DNA of 63,997 bases, filler included, from Malassezia furfur (Eukaryota): the NCBI GenBank assembly GCA_052055015.1. It is 4 parts of 4 records of this genome, joined end to end, with 100 filler letters (N's around TTAATTAATTAA, not from the genome) between each part and the next. Parts side by side here need not be neighbours in the genome. Positions count along the whole stretch, not along the records: positions 1 to 16,197 come from JBQJIT010000253.1; positions 16,298 to 32,251 come from JBQJIT010000255.1; 2 more parts are not named here. One strand, written 5' to 3'. Of the stretch, positions 11,377 to 22,712 are shown one piece after another. Made by a program: the position numbers and the translations under genes. The notes beneath the pieces were generated by a model. That model made no database searches, was not told the DNA's origin, and saw nothing but the letters and a program-made list of their open reading frames with translations. Within the stretch, counting starts at the first letter, position 1. Each line of letters opens with the position of its first letter.

Positions 11377-11438
11377 TTTACGCGGCCAATGACTTATGAA
11401 CCAAATATCCTGATTGTTATAGTCTACATTTTCGCATG

Positions 11439-13295
11439 CTAGTGTCGTCGATGGCTGCTGGGTGTGTCGGGCGGTGCGTGCAACGTATTTGAGGTGCGTC
11501 GCGGAGAGGATACGTGAAAACCGGGCGAGCTGGGACTGATACCGATGCTGAGCCCGCGCTCGACCAGGATCCCGTACAGTGTGGGCCGGTGCATAGCATT
11601 GATGTGCGCACGGTCCGGGGAGCGGATGCCCTCGTTCAAGGCATGATCTAGCGATATCGTTGGGCGCTCAGTTCCGAATGGCAAGCTGACGCTGCGCCGT
11701 GGTCGTGGAAGCAAGTGTGGTGCAAGGGGTGCATTGCGAGCAATGTGCGGTGTGATGTGCGAGCTCCCAGAGGCCCGTGGTGATGCTCGCTCGGCTTCGA
11801 GCGCGCCCGAGTACATAGGACCCGCGAGCGGCGTAACAGCTGCGCCCTCGATGATGGCGTCGTGCTCGTGCCATGCTGCTGGGTCGTGCCAGCCAGGCCC
11901 CCAAAGCGTGGTATCCTCCTCTTCGCCCATCTCGTCGCCCTTGTAAGGGCTACGGTGCAGCGAAATGACCCACACACCACATAGCAGCAGTGCGGTGCCC
12001 ATACAAATGCACGCGACATCTGTCCACGAGAGCTGCTCGAGCTCGTTGAAGTACATCAGCCCGAGCGTGATTGATGAAATGTTGTAGAAGCAAAAGGCCA
12101 GCGGACACACCAGCACGGGATCAGCGAGTTTGAGGCTCTTGTTCAGGTACCACAGCTGAAGGAGCGCAGCGGCGAGCAGGATGCTGATAAGCATCCAGCT
12201 CAGTGGGCTGGAGAGCTGGTTGTTTCCACGCACGGTCAGGACAAGCAGATCGACGCCGCTCTTGGCCAACAACAGGCACACACCACTCAGTGTCCCGCTT
12301 GTTGCGCTGTAGGCCACCGCCAGCGCCAGTACGGTCGGCCGGTTTTCGGGAAGGGAGAATACGGACGGCATTGCAGGCTTTTGGGCGTCAGCCTCGACGT
12401 CGCGCAGGGGTGCGGCCGGCGTCGAATTGGCGCGTTTTAGGGGCGCTCGACGCTCGCGTGGGATCGCGCCGTAGGACGGCTGTCGTTCACTGGGCGACGC
12501 CGTGCGCGATGCGTCCGCAAGAGTGCCATGCATGCTTTTTCCCGCATTCAGGTCGGCTGCCAGGGTGTCGATAAGCAATTTCGTGCGTTCGGAGTTCAGC
12601 GCCGTGGCTGGATTCGGTGTCGCGATCCCTGACGAGTTTTCGCTGACCTCGGCGACGGTAGCGAGCGCCGGCGTAGACCGCCGCCGACGCGCCAGTGAGC
12701 GCCACCGGCGGCGCATTCTGCCGCGCTGTTGCTGGAGGTTGGGCTGCCACAGCAGCTGCCACTCGGTCAAATGGGCCATGGTCAAGATCGAGACAAACAC
12801 GAGCAGGTAGAGCATCGCGAATGCCACAAACGGTGGGCGCGTATATAGCTCGAGAAGCTCGTGCAGGGAGTGGGGCTCCTCGCCCACTGCACCAAAGTAC
12901 CCGATCAACACCGCGCCGACTGCAATCAACGACGAGCCTGGGTCAGTGCGCATGGCGTACCGAGCAACATGTGCTGCGACAAGAAGTCGTCGAGTAGCGC
13001 GCGCGCGAGCAATGCATTGTACAACAAGCTCACGGCGCCGAGCGGCGCCAGGATGACAATGGGCAGTGTCCCGATCTGGAAGATCGTCCCGCTGATGTTG
13101 GCCGCCAGAAACACGATGAACCCGGCGACCCACAAGGGGCGGTGCCATTCCGAGCGCCGCTCCTCTTCTGGAAGGCGCTCATTGTGCAGGTGAGAGCGCC
13201 GCTGGATGGTGAGGCCTACATTAGTGCAAGGACCTACCCAAGCTCTGTACGAAACTCGCCAGGAGCCCGAGGCCGACCGCCGTGGGCACGTCCAT
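11439..13295 (-). CDS. NIPA/DUF803-family magnesium transporter-like protein
   Basis: GLLASFVQSLGLTIQRRSH, RPLWVAGF, ILAPLGAVSLLYNA, LQLWYLNKSL, VCPLAFCFYN; introns 13216-13237 (22 nt) and 12938-12960 (23 nt). Confidence 0.9.
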
Positions 13296-13336
13296 GCCCT
13301 GAGAGTGTGGAGGGTGGAGGTGCGCCTGACGCGGCG

Positions 13337-16018
13337 ATGCACGTACCGCCGGACGGTCCGCGGCGGCGGCCGACCGACCCGATTCCCATCCGCTCCCCGT
13401 CGCGGAGGCGGAGTTCGGGCAGCGCAAGCATCACGTCAGACTCCAGTACGCCATGGTCGTCGTCGCCCGCGTCGATCACGCGCTCGTTCACCGAGTCGAT
13501 CCAGGGACTCCAGAGCCGCTATGCGGATTGGAAGCAGTCGACCAAGGCGTTTCGGCAGATGCGCGCCGACGGCTCGCGCGACGTGGCGCCTGACGCATCC
13601 GCACCCCCGCCATCACCCGTGGGCGCGTCGCTGCTCGAGCCGCTGGAGCGCATCGTCCCTGATGTGCTGCGCCACGGCGAACCCCTGCTCAAAGTCACCC
13701 AGAACAAGGTGGCGCAGCGCACCTTTCGTGTCGACACCGAGTCGGCCTCGATCGTGTGGGCGAGCAAGAAAAACAACCAGGTGCCACTGTACGCGATCGG
13801 CGACGTGCGCCTTGGCGCCGAGGCGCAGTCCTACCGGCATGCGCTGCAGATCGCCGACTCGCACGAGCCGCGGTGGATCTCCATCATCTACCAGACGCCC
13901 AAGGCATACAAGGCGGTGCACATGATTGCTCTGTCGCCCGAGTCACTGCAGCGCTGGCGCGACACGCTGCTCGGCGTGCTGTCGCAGCGCCAGGCGCTGC
14001 TGTCGGGCCAGGTGCCGGCGGCGACGACGCAGTCGCACTGGCTGCGTGCGTCGTGGCAGCGCGACCAGGGCGCACTATCGATCGAGGACGTGGCGCGCCT
14101 ATTGCAGCGCACGGGCATCCAGTGCAGCGGCAGCGACCTGCGCATGCACTTTGACGCCGCCGACAAGGACCGCCGCGGTGTGCTCCACTTTGAGGCGTTC
14201 CAGCGCTTTGTTGCGGCGCTCAAGCGGCGCAGCGACGTCGAGGCACTGTTTGCGCGGTGGACGTCGACCGACGTTCTGCCGCTGGCTGCCTTTGCGACGT
14301 TTGTGCGCGATGAACAGGGTGAGACGTGGGACGACGCCTACGTCAAGGGCGTGTATGCGCGGCATGCGGGGCCCGGCGGCATGACGTGCGACCAGTTTCT
14401 GGCGTTTCTGGCGTCGCGCGACAACGCGCCGACTACGGTGGCGCGTTCCGCGCGGCACGAGGCGCTGACGGAGCCCCTCAGCGACTACTTTATCAGTTCG
14501 AGCCACAACACCTACCTCGTCGGCGGGCAGTGGAAAGGCGACAGCACCGTCGAGGGCTACGTACGTGCGCTGCAGCAAGGCGCGCGCAGCGTCGAGCTCG
14601 ACTGCTGGGATGGCCCACACGGCCAGCCGCAGGTGACGCACGGGCGCACACTCACCAGCAAGGTGCCGCTCGACGACGTGATTGCGGCGATTGCGCAGTA
14701 CGCATTTGTTGCGTCGCCGTACCCCCTCATCCTCTCGCTCGAGGTGCACAACGACGTCGCGCAGCAAGAGGCGATCGCCGCATCGCTGCGTACGCGCCTC
14801 GGCCCCATGCTCGTCACTGAGCCGCTGCCCGACGTGCCGAGCGGCACTTTGCCGAGCCCCGAGCAGCTGCGCGGGCGCATCCTGGTCAAGTTTAAGGACT
14901 GGACGCTGATCCGCGCGATGGAGCGTGCGTTCGATCTCGCCGCGGACGACACGTTCACATCCACGACCACCGATCACACCGAGTCCGAAGGCGACTCGCT
15001 GCTGGACCATGCGCGCGGCTTGGTGCGCAACATGCGGCGGCCGCTGCGCAAGGAGGACGCGGCGCGGCGCACCGAACACCCCATGGCGCACGCGCTCTCG
15101 GCGCTGCTCGTGTACACGGTCGGCGTGCGCTTCCGCGGGATCAACAAAAAGGAGCAGTACGCGGCGGAACACATGTTTTCGCTGTCGGAACGCAAGGCGC
15201 TGCGCATGATCCGGCAGAGCAATGCGGACCTCGTGAAGCACAACGTGACGCACCTTACGCGCGTGTACCCCAGCCTCTCGACGCTGAGCCGGCTGCACAG
15301 CAGCAGCGCCAACTTCCTGCCGAACGACATGTGGGCCGCTGGGTGCCAGCTCGTGGCGCTCAACTGGCAGACGCGCGACCGTGGCATGGAGATGAACCAG
15401 GCCTTCTTTGCGTCGAGCTGCGGCGGGTACCGGCTGAAGCCCGAGGGCTTGCGCGTGCGCTCCCTGCTCAAGAATGCGCCGGGCACCGTGCGAGTGCGCC
15501 TGCACCTCACCATCGTCTCGGCGCAGCAGCTGCCCATGTCGAGCGACGGCGAGATGAGCGCGCACGTCCACCTTGCCGTCCATACGCCGATGCAGTGGGG
15601 CAAGGCTGCGCGCGTCGTCGACACGGGGCCCGGCGGCGTGCCGGCGTCGCCACGCCTGTCGCACCCTGCGTCGTTCCGCACGGCGAGCGCCGCGTCGGGC
15701 CTGGCGCCGCAGTGGAACGCGTCGTGCACCGTGCAGCTCGACCTGCCTGCGCCGCTCGCGCCCGAGGCGGCGCACGCGTCGTCGCTGCGCGCTGCGACGC
15801 GCGGCCTACTCGACCTATGCTTTGTGCGTTTCGCCGTGTACAACGACGCGGACGCCGGCAACGCGGTGCCGATCGGCTCGTGCACCGCCAACCTCGGCAC
15901 GCTGCACGCGGGCTACCGCCATCTGCCGCTGTACGACACCCAGCTCTCGCGGCTGCTCTACGCGACGCTCTTTGTCCATACCCACTATACCCTCGAGCAC
16001 GCGGCGCCGCCATTGTAG
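13337..16018 (+). CDS. PLC1: Phosphoinositide-specific phospholipase C
   Basis: PH, EF-hand, X box (YFISSSHNTYL, VELDCWDG, HGRTLT), Y box (LTRVYP, GCQLVALNWQT) and C2 domain. Start codon uncertain. Confidence 0.93.
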   Translation: MHVPPDGPRRRPTDPIPIRSPSRRRSSGSASITSDSSTPWSSSPASITRSFTESIQGLQSRYADWKQSTKAFRQMRADGSRDVAPDASAPPPSPVGASLLEPLERIVPDVLRHGEPLLKVTQNKVAQRTFRVDTESASIVWASKKNNQVPLYAIGDVRLGAEAQSYRHALQIADSHEPRWISIIYQTPKAYKAVHMIALSPESLQRWRDTLLGVLSQRQALLSGQVPAATTQSHWLRASWQRDQGALSIEDVARLLQRTGIQCSGSDLRMHFDAADKDRRGVLHFEAFQRFVAALKRRSDVEALFARWTSTDVLPLAAFATFVRDEQGETWDDAYVKGVYARHAGPGGMTCDQFLAFLASRDNAPTTVARSARHEALTEPLSDYFISSSHNTYLVGGQWKGDSTVEGYVRALQQGARSVELDCWDGPHGQPQVTHGRTLTSKVPLDDVIAAIAQYAFVASPYPLILSLEVHNDVAQQEAIAASLRTRLGPMLVTEPLPDVPSGTLPSPEQLRGRILVKFKDWTLIRAMERAFDLAADDTFTSTTTDHTESEGDSLLDHARGLVRNMRRPLRKEDAARRTEHPMAHALSALLVYTVGVRFRGINKKEQYAAEHMFSLSERKALRMIRQSNADLVKHNVTHLTRVYPSLSTLSRLHSSSANFLPNDMWAAGCQLVALNWQTRDRGMEMNQAFFASSCGGYRLKPEGLRVRSLLKNAPGTVRVRLHLTIVSAQQLPMSSDGEMSAHVHLAVHTPMQWGKAARVVDTGPGGVPASPRLSHPASFRTASAASGLAPQWNASCTVQLDLPAPLAPEAAHASSLRAATRGLLDLCFVRFAVYNDADAGNAVPIGSCTANLGTLHAGYRHLPLYDTQLSRLLYATLFVHTHYTLEHAAPPL

Positions 16019-16066
16019 TGTACGCAAATTCAGCGGCGATTTTGACTAGCTCCGAAAGCTATACAC

Positions 16067-16197
16067 TCAGCCCAGCGAGGGGAACGCAGACTTGTCCTCG
16101 AGGTTCACAACGGGGGCGCTGCTGCGGGGCGCCGACGCACCGCCACGGCCACCACGGCCACGGCCGGCACCACGGCCACGCTCGCCACGGCCGCGCG
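16067..16197 (-). CDS. STM1: C-terminal end of Stm1/SERBP1-like RGG RNA-binding protein, truncated by gap
   Basis: Minus-strand translation RGRGERGRGAGRGRGGRGGASAPRSSAPVVNLEDKSAFPSLG*; an RGG box plus FPSL terminus is typical of this family. Confidence 0.7.
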
Positions 16198-16297
16198 NNN
16201 NNNNNNNNNNNNNNNNNNNNNNNNNNNNNNNNNNNNNNNNNTTAATTAATTAANNNNNNNNNNNNNNNNNNNNNNNNNNNNNNNNNNNNNNNNNNNN
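16198..16297. other. Artificial contig-join spacer (N44-TTAATTAATTAA-N44)
   Basis: Six-frame stop linker between N runs, identical at three sites. Confidence 0.98.
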
Positions 16298-18651
16298 GCC
16301 CCGTCCGCGCGCGCGCGCGCGGCGTCGGTGTGCGCGTCGAGCTCGGCAAGCGCCGTGCGCGCCTGTGCGACCTCGGTTTGGAGCGCCGCGGCGCGGCCCT
16401 GGTCGACCTGCGTCTGGAGCAGCTCGGCGCGGTGCTGCGCAAGCTCGGCGGCCTCGGCGGCGCGCGTGTGCGCGTCGCGCGCCTCTTGGAGCGTGCGCCA
16501 CTCGGCGTCATGGGTGCGCAGTGCGTCGCGCGCCTCTTGGAGCGCGCGCTCGCAGTGCGCGAGCTCCTGCATGCGCAGCAGCACGCTCGGCCCCGCACTG
16601 CCCTTGCTGCCGCCCGCGAGGCGCCCGGCGGGGTCGTAGGTGTCGCCGTCCACCGTGACGCTCTTCATCTGCACCGCGGCGTCAAACGTGACGCGGCGCG
16701 CCGTGTCTGCGTCCTTGCACACGAGGGTCTGCCCAAAGACGTACTCAAGCGCCTTGCGCACCTGCGCGTCGCACCCCACCAGCTCCAGCGCGAGGTCCAC
16801 GCGGTTCGGCGCGAGCCGCTTGGCCGCCTCGACGCGCCGCCGGTCGGCCACGCTCGGCTGGATCTGGCGCAGGGGGATGAGCGTGACGCGCTTCTTCAGC
16901 TGGCCATGCGTGAGCAGCTGCGAGCCGGTCTGCTCGTCGTCGACTACGACGTTGTACAGGCGCGAGCCCGCAGCGGCCTCGAGCGCCGGCGCATACGCGC
17001 GGTGCGCCGCATCGAGCGTCACAAGACGCGCCACCAGCCCACGCACGCGCCGCGGGTCAAACGAGCCGCCGGGTGGCACGTAGGTGAACTGCAGCGCGCT
17101 CGGCAGGCGCTCCTGCAGCGCGTCGCGCTCCGTCTGCAGCGCCGCGACGCGCTCCTCCAGCTGCGCGCGCGTGTGGGCCAGGGCATCGTAGTGCGATGCG
17201 TCCCAGTGCAGCGCAGCGACCGCGTCGTGTGTGTGCTGCGCCGCACGCCGCGCCTCGTCCAGCTCGGCAACGAGCCCGGCGCCGGCACTCGCCTCCTTCT
17301 GCGCCAGCGGCTCCTTGGTGCGCAGCTCGCGCTGCAGATGCTCGCGACGCACCTGCGCCTGCTGGATGTCGGAGCGCGCGGCCGCCTCGCGCTCGCGCGC
17401 GCGCGCGAGTTGCCCCTGGAAGCCCGCATGGCCCGCGTCGTTGCCCTCGCCACCGAGGCCGGTGAGCAGCGACTGCAGCAGCGCATCGGTGTCGGCGGCG
17501 CGCGTCGCCACCGCGTCGTGCGCGCTTTTTTCCTGCGCAAACGCCGTGCGCAGCGTCGCGAGCGACGCCGTGTCCGCCGCAAGCGCCTCCTCGGCAGCAG
17601 CAAGCGCGCGCTCCTCGTCGGCGGCGTGCGCAGCCTCCTCGTCGCGCGCCGTGCGCCGAAAGTCGCGCTGCGTCGTGGCCTCGACGAGCTCGTGCGCAAG
17701 CGCCTTGGTGCGCTGCACGAGCGCATCCTGCTCGCCATCGGCCGCGAGCTGCGCGTCGCGCTGGCTACGCAGCTTGTGCAGCTCGTCATCGAGCGCGCCG
17801 AGCTGCCGCGTGAGCGCCGCGACATCGCTGGCGTACGCGGCGAGGCGCGCCTTGGCCTGCCCCGCGCCCTGGTCGGAGCGCTGCGTGAGCTTGCGCTGCA
17901 GCGTGTGCCACTCGTATGCCTTGTGCAGGCGCGTGGCACGCTCCAGCTCCGTCGAGGCTTTCTGGTACTCGAGGAACGCGCGCTTTTCGTCGCGCAGGCG
18001 GTCGAGCTTGGGCTTGATCTCCTCCTGGAGAAGCGCGGTGATCTCGCGCACCTTTTGGTCCTTCTTCGCCATGGTCCGGAAGGCGCGCTCCTTGCGCTCC
18101 TCAAACATGCGCGTGCCCGCAGCCTCCTCAATCATGGACAGCACCTCGGCGGGCTTCATGTTGAGCACCTTGGTGATTTTGCCCTGCATGATGAGGAAGT
18201 TGGGGTTGTTGATGTTCAGCTGCACGCTCTGGAACATGTTCTGCACCGCCTGCTGCGTCGCCTTGTGCCCATTGATCAGATACTTGGACACGCCGCCCAT
18301 CGCGATCTGGCGCGTGACGGTGATCGTCGCGCAATTCTCAAACGACACGGGCGACCGCTCGCGGTCCGCATTGTCAAAGACGATCGTCACCGAGGCCTTC
18401 GTGACGCCTGCCTGCCCGCGCTTGTAGATCAGATCCTGGATATTCGACGCGCGCACCGAGCTCAGGTTCGTCAGGCCCAGCACAAAGCAGATGGCGTCGA
18501 GAATGTTGCTCTTCCCGCTGCCATTCAGCCCAGTGATCGCATTGAAGCTGGGGTCAAAGCCACGCACATGCGTGCGCACGGGATAGCTGCGTCAGTCGTA
18601 CACGCCTACGCACCTCTTGAAGCCGTCGAGAATCAGCTCCTCGATCCGCAT
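16298..18651 (-). CDS. SMC2: Condensin subunit Smc2, N-terminal head to hinge, truncated at gap
   Basis: MRIEELILDGFKSY (27-nt intron 18587-18613), FNAITGLNGSGKSNILDAICFVLG, QLNINNPNFLIMQGKITKVLNMK, hinge VTVDGDTYDPAGRLAGG. Confidence 0.95.
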
Positions 18652-18703
18652 GCCGCACGCCGCCGTCGTGAGCCCCGGGGTGGCTGTTGGGTGGTGGTGC
18701 GAA

Positions 18704-18747
18704 AGGCCACGTGGCCTGTTGGACACGCGCGACGCGACGCGACGCGT
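18704..18747. promoter_or_regulatory. SMC2/DNA ligase divergent promoter: 14-bp palindrome AGGCCACGTGGCCT and four ACGCG (MCB-like) cores
   Basis: Palindrome 18704-18717; ACGCG at 18725, 18732, 18737 and 18742 (last is a perfect ACGCGT). Confidence 0.6.
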
Positions 18748-18753
18748 TGGACC

Positions 18754-20993
18754 ATGGCGAAGCAGCAGCGCACGCTCGAGTACGTGGGCCGCCGCACTGA
18801 CACAGCGCCTTGTTTGGCAAGCGCGACGAGCCGGCAGCGAAACGCACGCGCACCGAGGCCGATGCAGCTGCAGAGGCGGACGACGCCGACGACGACATCC
18901 CCGAGGCCGACGCGGCCGAAACCACGGCGCAGATCGTGCAGCAGAGCACCGCGGCTCCGAAGTCCGTGGGAAAGCGCGGCGCCCCAATCAAGTACGCAAC
19001 GCTCGTCGAGACCTTTGCCAAGGTCGAGGCGACGACGAAGCGCCTTGAAATTCTGCAGCTCGTCACGGACCTCTTTGTCCAGGTGATCGCCCACTGCCGC
19101 CAGGACAGCGTGGCCTCCGCAAGCGAGAACCTGCTGTACACCGTCTATCTATGCATCAACCGACTGTGCCCGGACTACGAGGGACTCGAGCTAGGGATCG
19201 GCGAGGGCCTCCTCGTCAAGGCGATCGCGCAGAGCACCGGGCGCGAAGTCGCACGCATCAAAAAGGACCTCGAGAAGCAGGGCGACTTGGGCCTGGTGGC
19301 ACTCGCCTCGCGCAAGCACCAGCCGACCATGTTCCAGGCGCAGACACTGACCGTCCCATCGGTGTTCAAGCAGCTCACTGAGATCGCCCGCGCGTCCGGC
19401 ACCAAGTCCCAGGACAAGAAGCTCGGCATCATCAAGCGACTGCTCGCTGCATGCACGGGCGACGAGAGCAAGTACCTTATCCGCAGCTTGGAGGGCAAGC
19501 TGCGCATTGGACTCGCCGAAAAGACGGTGCTGGTCGCCGTCGCCCATGCCGTGGTGCTGGCGTCGCTCAGCGACGAGGCGCACACGATGGACCGCGAAGA
19601 GCTCGCCGCCAAACTCGAGCACGACGCGAATGTCGTCAAGGCGGTGTTTAGTGAGCTGCCGTCGTACAACGTGCTTATCCCCGCGCTGCTCGAGCACGGC
19701 ATCGATGGCCTGCGCGAGCGCGTCAAGCTCACGCCGGGCATCCCGCTCAAGCCCATGCTCGCCAAGCCCACCAAGGAGATCGGCGAGGTGCTCGACCGAT
19801 TTGAGGACCGCACGTTTACGTGCGAGTACAAGTACGATGGCGAGCGCGCACAGGTGCATGGCTTCCGCGATGCGGCAGGCAAGCTGAGCGTGCGCGTCTT
19901 TTCGCGCAACTCGGAGGACATGAGCATGAAATACCCCGACTTGGTGGTGCAGGTCCCGCGGTGCCTCGGCGAGGGCGTGCAGAGTTTCGTGATCGACGCC
20001 GAAGCTGTCGCATGGCAGCCACTGCACGTCGCGCGCGCCGAGCGCCCGGACGCCAGCGTCGGGCGGCTGCTGCCCTTCCAGGAACTGAGCCGACGGAAGC
20101 GCAAGGACGTCAAGGCGGAGGACATCAAGGTGTTTGTGAAGTTGTTTGGCTTCGACCTGCTCTACCTGAACGGCGAGCCGCTGCTGCACCTCGCGCTGTC
20201 GGAGCGCCGCGCCAAGCTGATGGCGCATTTTGTGCCGGTTGCCGACGAGTTCGACTTTGCGACGCACCGCGACTGCCATACCACCGAAGAGATCCAGACC
20301 TTCCTCGACGAGAGCGTCGCGAGCGGCTGCGAGGGACTCATGGTCAAAATGCTCGATGGCGCCGACGCGACCTACGAGCCCAGCCGCCGCTCGATCAACT
20401 GGCTCAAGCTCAAAAAGGACTATTGTACGCCGTACGACTCACCCAGTGTCCGGCACCGGCGACAGCCTCGATCTAACTGTGATCGGCGGCTACTATGGCA
20501 AGGGCAAGCGCACCAACGTGTATGGCGCCTTTCTCCTCGCATGCTGTACGTTTTCCCGCACTGACGCAGACGATGAGGATTCGGAGACGTATCAGAGCAT
20601 CTGCAAAATCGGTACCGGTTTCTCCGAAGCGGATCTGGACGCACACTACACTACGCTCAAGGCGCTTGAGCTCACGCAGAAAAAGGGGTACTATGACGTG
20701 GGTGATGCCAAGCCTGATGTACGTGCACGCCGCTCATCCAGGTCTATTTCGCGCCGAAAATCGTCTGGGAGGTGCTCACGGCAGACCTGTCGCTGAGCCC
20801 GGTGTATACGGCGGCCAAGGGCCTCATCGATGCGCGCGGCATCTCGCTGCGCTTCCCGCGCTTCCTCCGCATCCGCGACGATAAGGCACCCGAGGAGTCG
20901 ACGGCGCCCGAGCAGATCGCCCATATGTACCGCGCCCAAGCCGTCGCGTCCAAGCGCCAGCGCGGACGTGACGACGAGGACGACTTCTGGTAG
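18754..20993 (+). CDS. CDC9: DNA ligase I
   Basis: PIP-like QRTLDALF, CEYKYDGERAQ, CEGLMVK, WLKLKKDYL, KIGTGFS, SLRFPRFLRIRDDK; introns 18780-18805, 20425-20446, 20546-20569, 20719-20741. Confidence 0.96.
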
Positions 20994-21013
20994 CTGACTA
21001 AACTCGCACCACC

Positions 21014-22649
21014 ATGGCCTGGCTCGCGCACGCCGCGAGCGAACTCAAGGGCGCCGCCGCGTACCTCGACACGCCCGCGATCCCCTGGAAGCAGCTCGTG
21101 ATTTGCCTGCTGTGGGGCGTCTACTTGTTCGAGACGTACGTCGCGGTGCGCCAGTTGCGCCTGTACGACAAAACGACGCCGCCCAAGGCGCTCGTACCCC
21201 ACGTGTCGCTTGACACCTTTGCCAAGAGCCAGGCGTACGGCCGCGACAAGGCGCGCTTTGCGCTCGTCTCCGACGCCATTGCGCACGCGTACAACCTCGC
21301 CGCAGTGTACTTCGATTTCTACGCGCTCGCGTGGGTGTGGGCGAGCGACCTGCTCGTGGCCGTCGGTGCGCCGACCAACGAGGTGACCAAATCGGCGATG
21401 TGGGTCGTTGTCAACTCGGCGATGCACGAGGTCGTCGGGATCCCGCTCAGCTTGTACCGCAACTTTGTCGTGGAGGAGCGCCACGGGTTCAACAAGCTCA
21501 CGCTCGCGACCTTTGTCAGCGACACCATCAAGGGGTGGGTCGTCGGCACCGCTGTCGGCGCACCGCTCGTGATGCTCGCCGTGTGGGTGATCCGCTGGGC
21601 GGGCGACTACTTCGTCGTGTACGTCATGCTGCTCTTCACGGTGGTCATCTTGTTCGGCAGCGTGCTCTACCCACTCGTCATCCAGCCGTTCTTTAACAAG
21701 CTCACGCCGCTCCCCGAGGGCGCCTTGCGTGACCGCGTCGTGGCACTCGCGAGTGCGCTGCGCTTCCCGCTCAAGCACCTGTACGTGATCGACGGAAGCA
21801 AGCGCAGCTCGCACTCGAATGCGTACTTTTACGGCATCGTGCCCGGCGGCGGCAAGCACATCGGTACGTTGTCCTCGCGCTGACCCAGTGATCTACGACA
21901 CGCTCATTGAAAAGTCGACCCCGGAAGAGATTGAGGCGGTGCTGGCGCACGAGCTCGGGCACTGGGCACACTCGGACCCGGTCAAGCTCGTGCTCATGTC
22001 GCAGCTCAACCTCGTGCTCATGCTCTCCCTGTTTACGCTGTTTATCCACAACGCTTCGCTGTATCGTGCGTTTGGCTTTGTGCAGCGCGCGGCGCCTGGC
22101 GCGCTGGTCGTCGAGCCGTATCTGCCCGTGATGGTTGGCCTCGAGCTGTTCCAGCTGGTGCTAAACCCCACCGATGCGCTGCTCCGCTTTGGTATCAACG
22201 CGGCCGTGCGCCGCATGGAGTACGCTGCGGACCGGTACGTGACCGTGTGCCTGACTCAGTTTTGCCGCCGAGCTTCCGCGCGCGCCCAGGACAGCCGCCG
22301 AGATCGAGGCGATGCGCCTGATCGAGGCCAAGGGCGGCGACAGTGACGACGTACAGCCGAGCGCGACGGTGGTAGATTGGGTCGACCGCCTGAGCGAGGT
22401 GCCTGCGCACCGCCTGCCCTCCGAAACGATTGGGGATGCGCTCCCCGAGGAACAAGAGCCGTACACGGAGCTCCTCAAGCGATCGCTCGTCAAGCTACAC
22501 ATCCACAAGTATGTCTTACGCCCCACTCACACAGCTTGTCGTCTATGTACCACGATCCCCTGTACAGCGCCTACCACCACTCCCACCCCACGCTCACCGA
22601 GCGGCTCGTGGCGCTCGACCGGGTGGCCTCCACCAAAAAGACGCATTAG
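21014..22649 (+). CDS. STE24: CAAX prenyl protease 1 (Ste24, M48 zinc metalloprotease)
   Basis: EERHGFNK, DGSKRSSHSNAYFYG, AVLAHELGHW, RRMEYAADRF, DPLYSAYHHSHPTLTERL; introns 21864-21888, 22235-22259, 22509-22534. Confidence 0.96.
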
Positions 22650-22712
22650 GCAGTACGGTAGCCTATTATGTAAGAGCACCCAGCAGGGTCCAAGGGCCCA
22701 CCCGGTGCTATC

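Noticed and set aside
16138..16197. Tandem CACGGC repeats near a contig end (telomere or CRISPR-like?)
   Set aside because: Explained by Gly-Arg codons of the RGG box; no spacers.
16242..16253. TTAATTAATTAA palindrome repeated at three sites
   Set aside because: Always centred in 44+44 Ns; a six-frame-stop assembly linker, not biology.
16330..19086. 918-aa plus-strand ORF antisense to SMC2 (similar ones opposite DBP5, PLC1, BTA1, HSP60, TOM70)
   Set aside because: Shadow ORFs expected from high GC at third codon positions; Arg/Leu/Ala-rich with no motifs.
20401..20760. Apparent frameshifts in DNA ligase I (also STE24, SPT3, MTAP, TRM9) suggesting pseudogenes or programmed frameshifting
   Set aside because: Each is resolved by a consensus GT-branch-AG mini-intron that restores conserved motifs.
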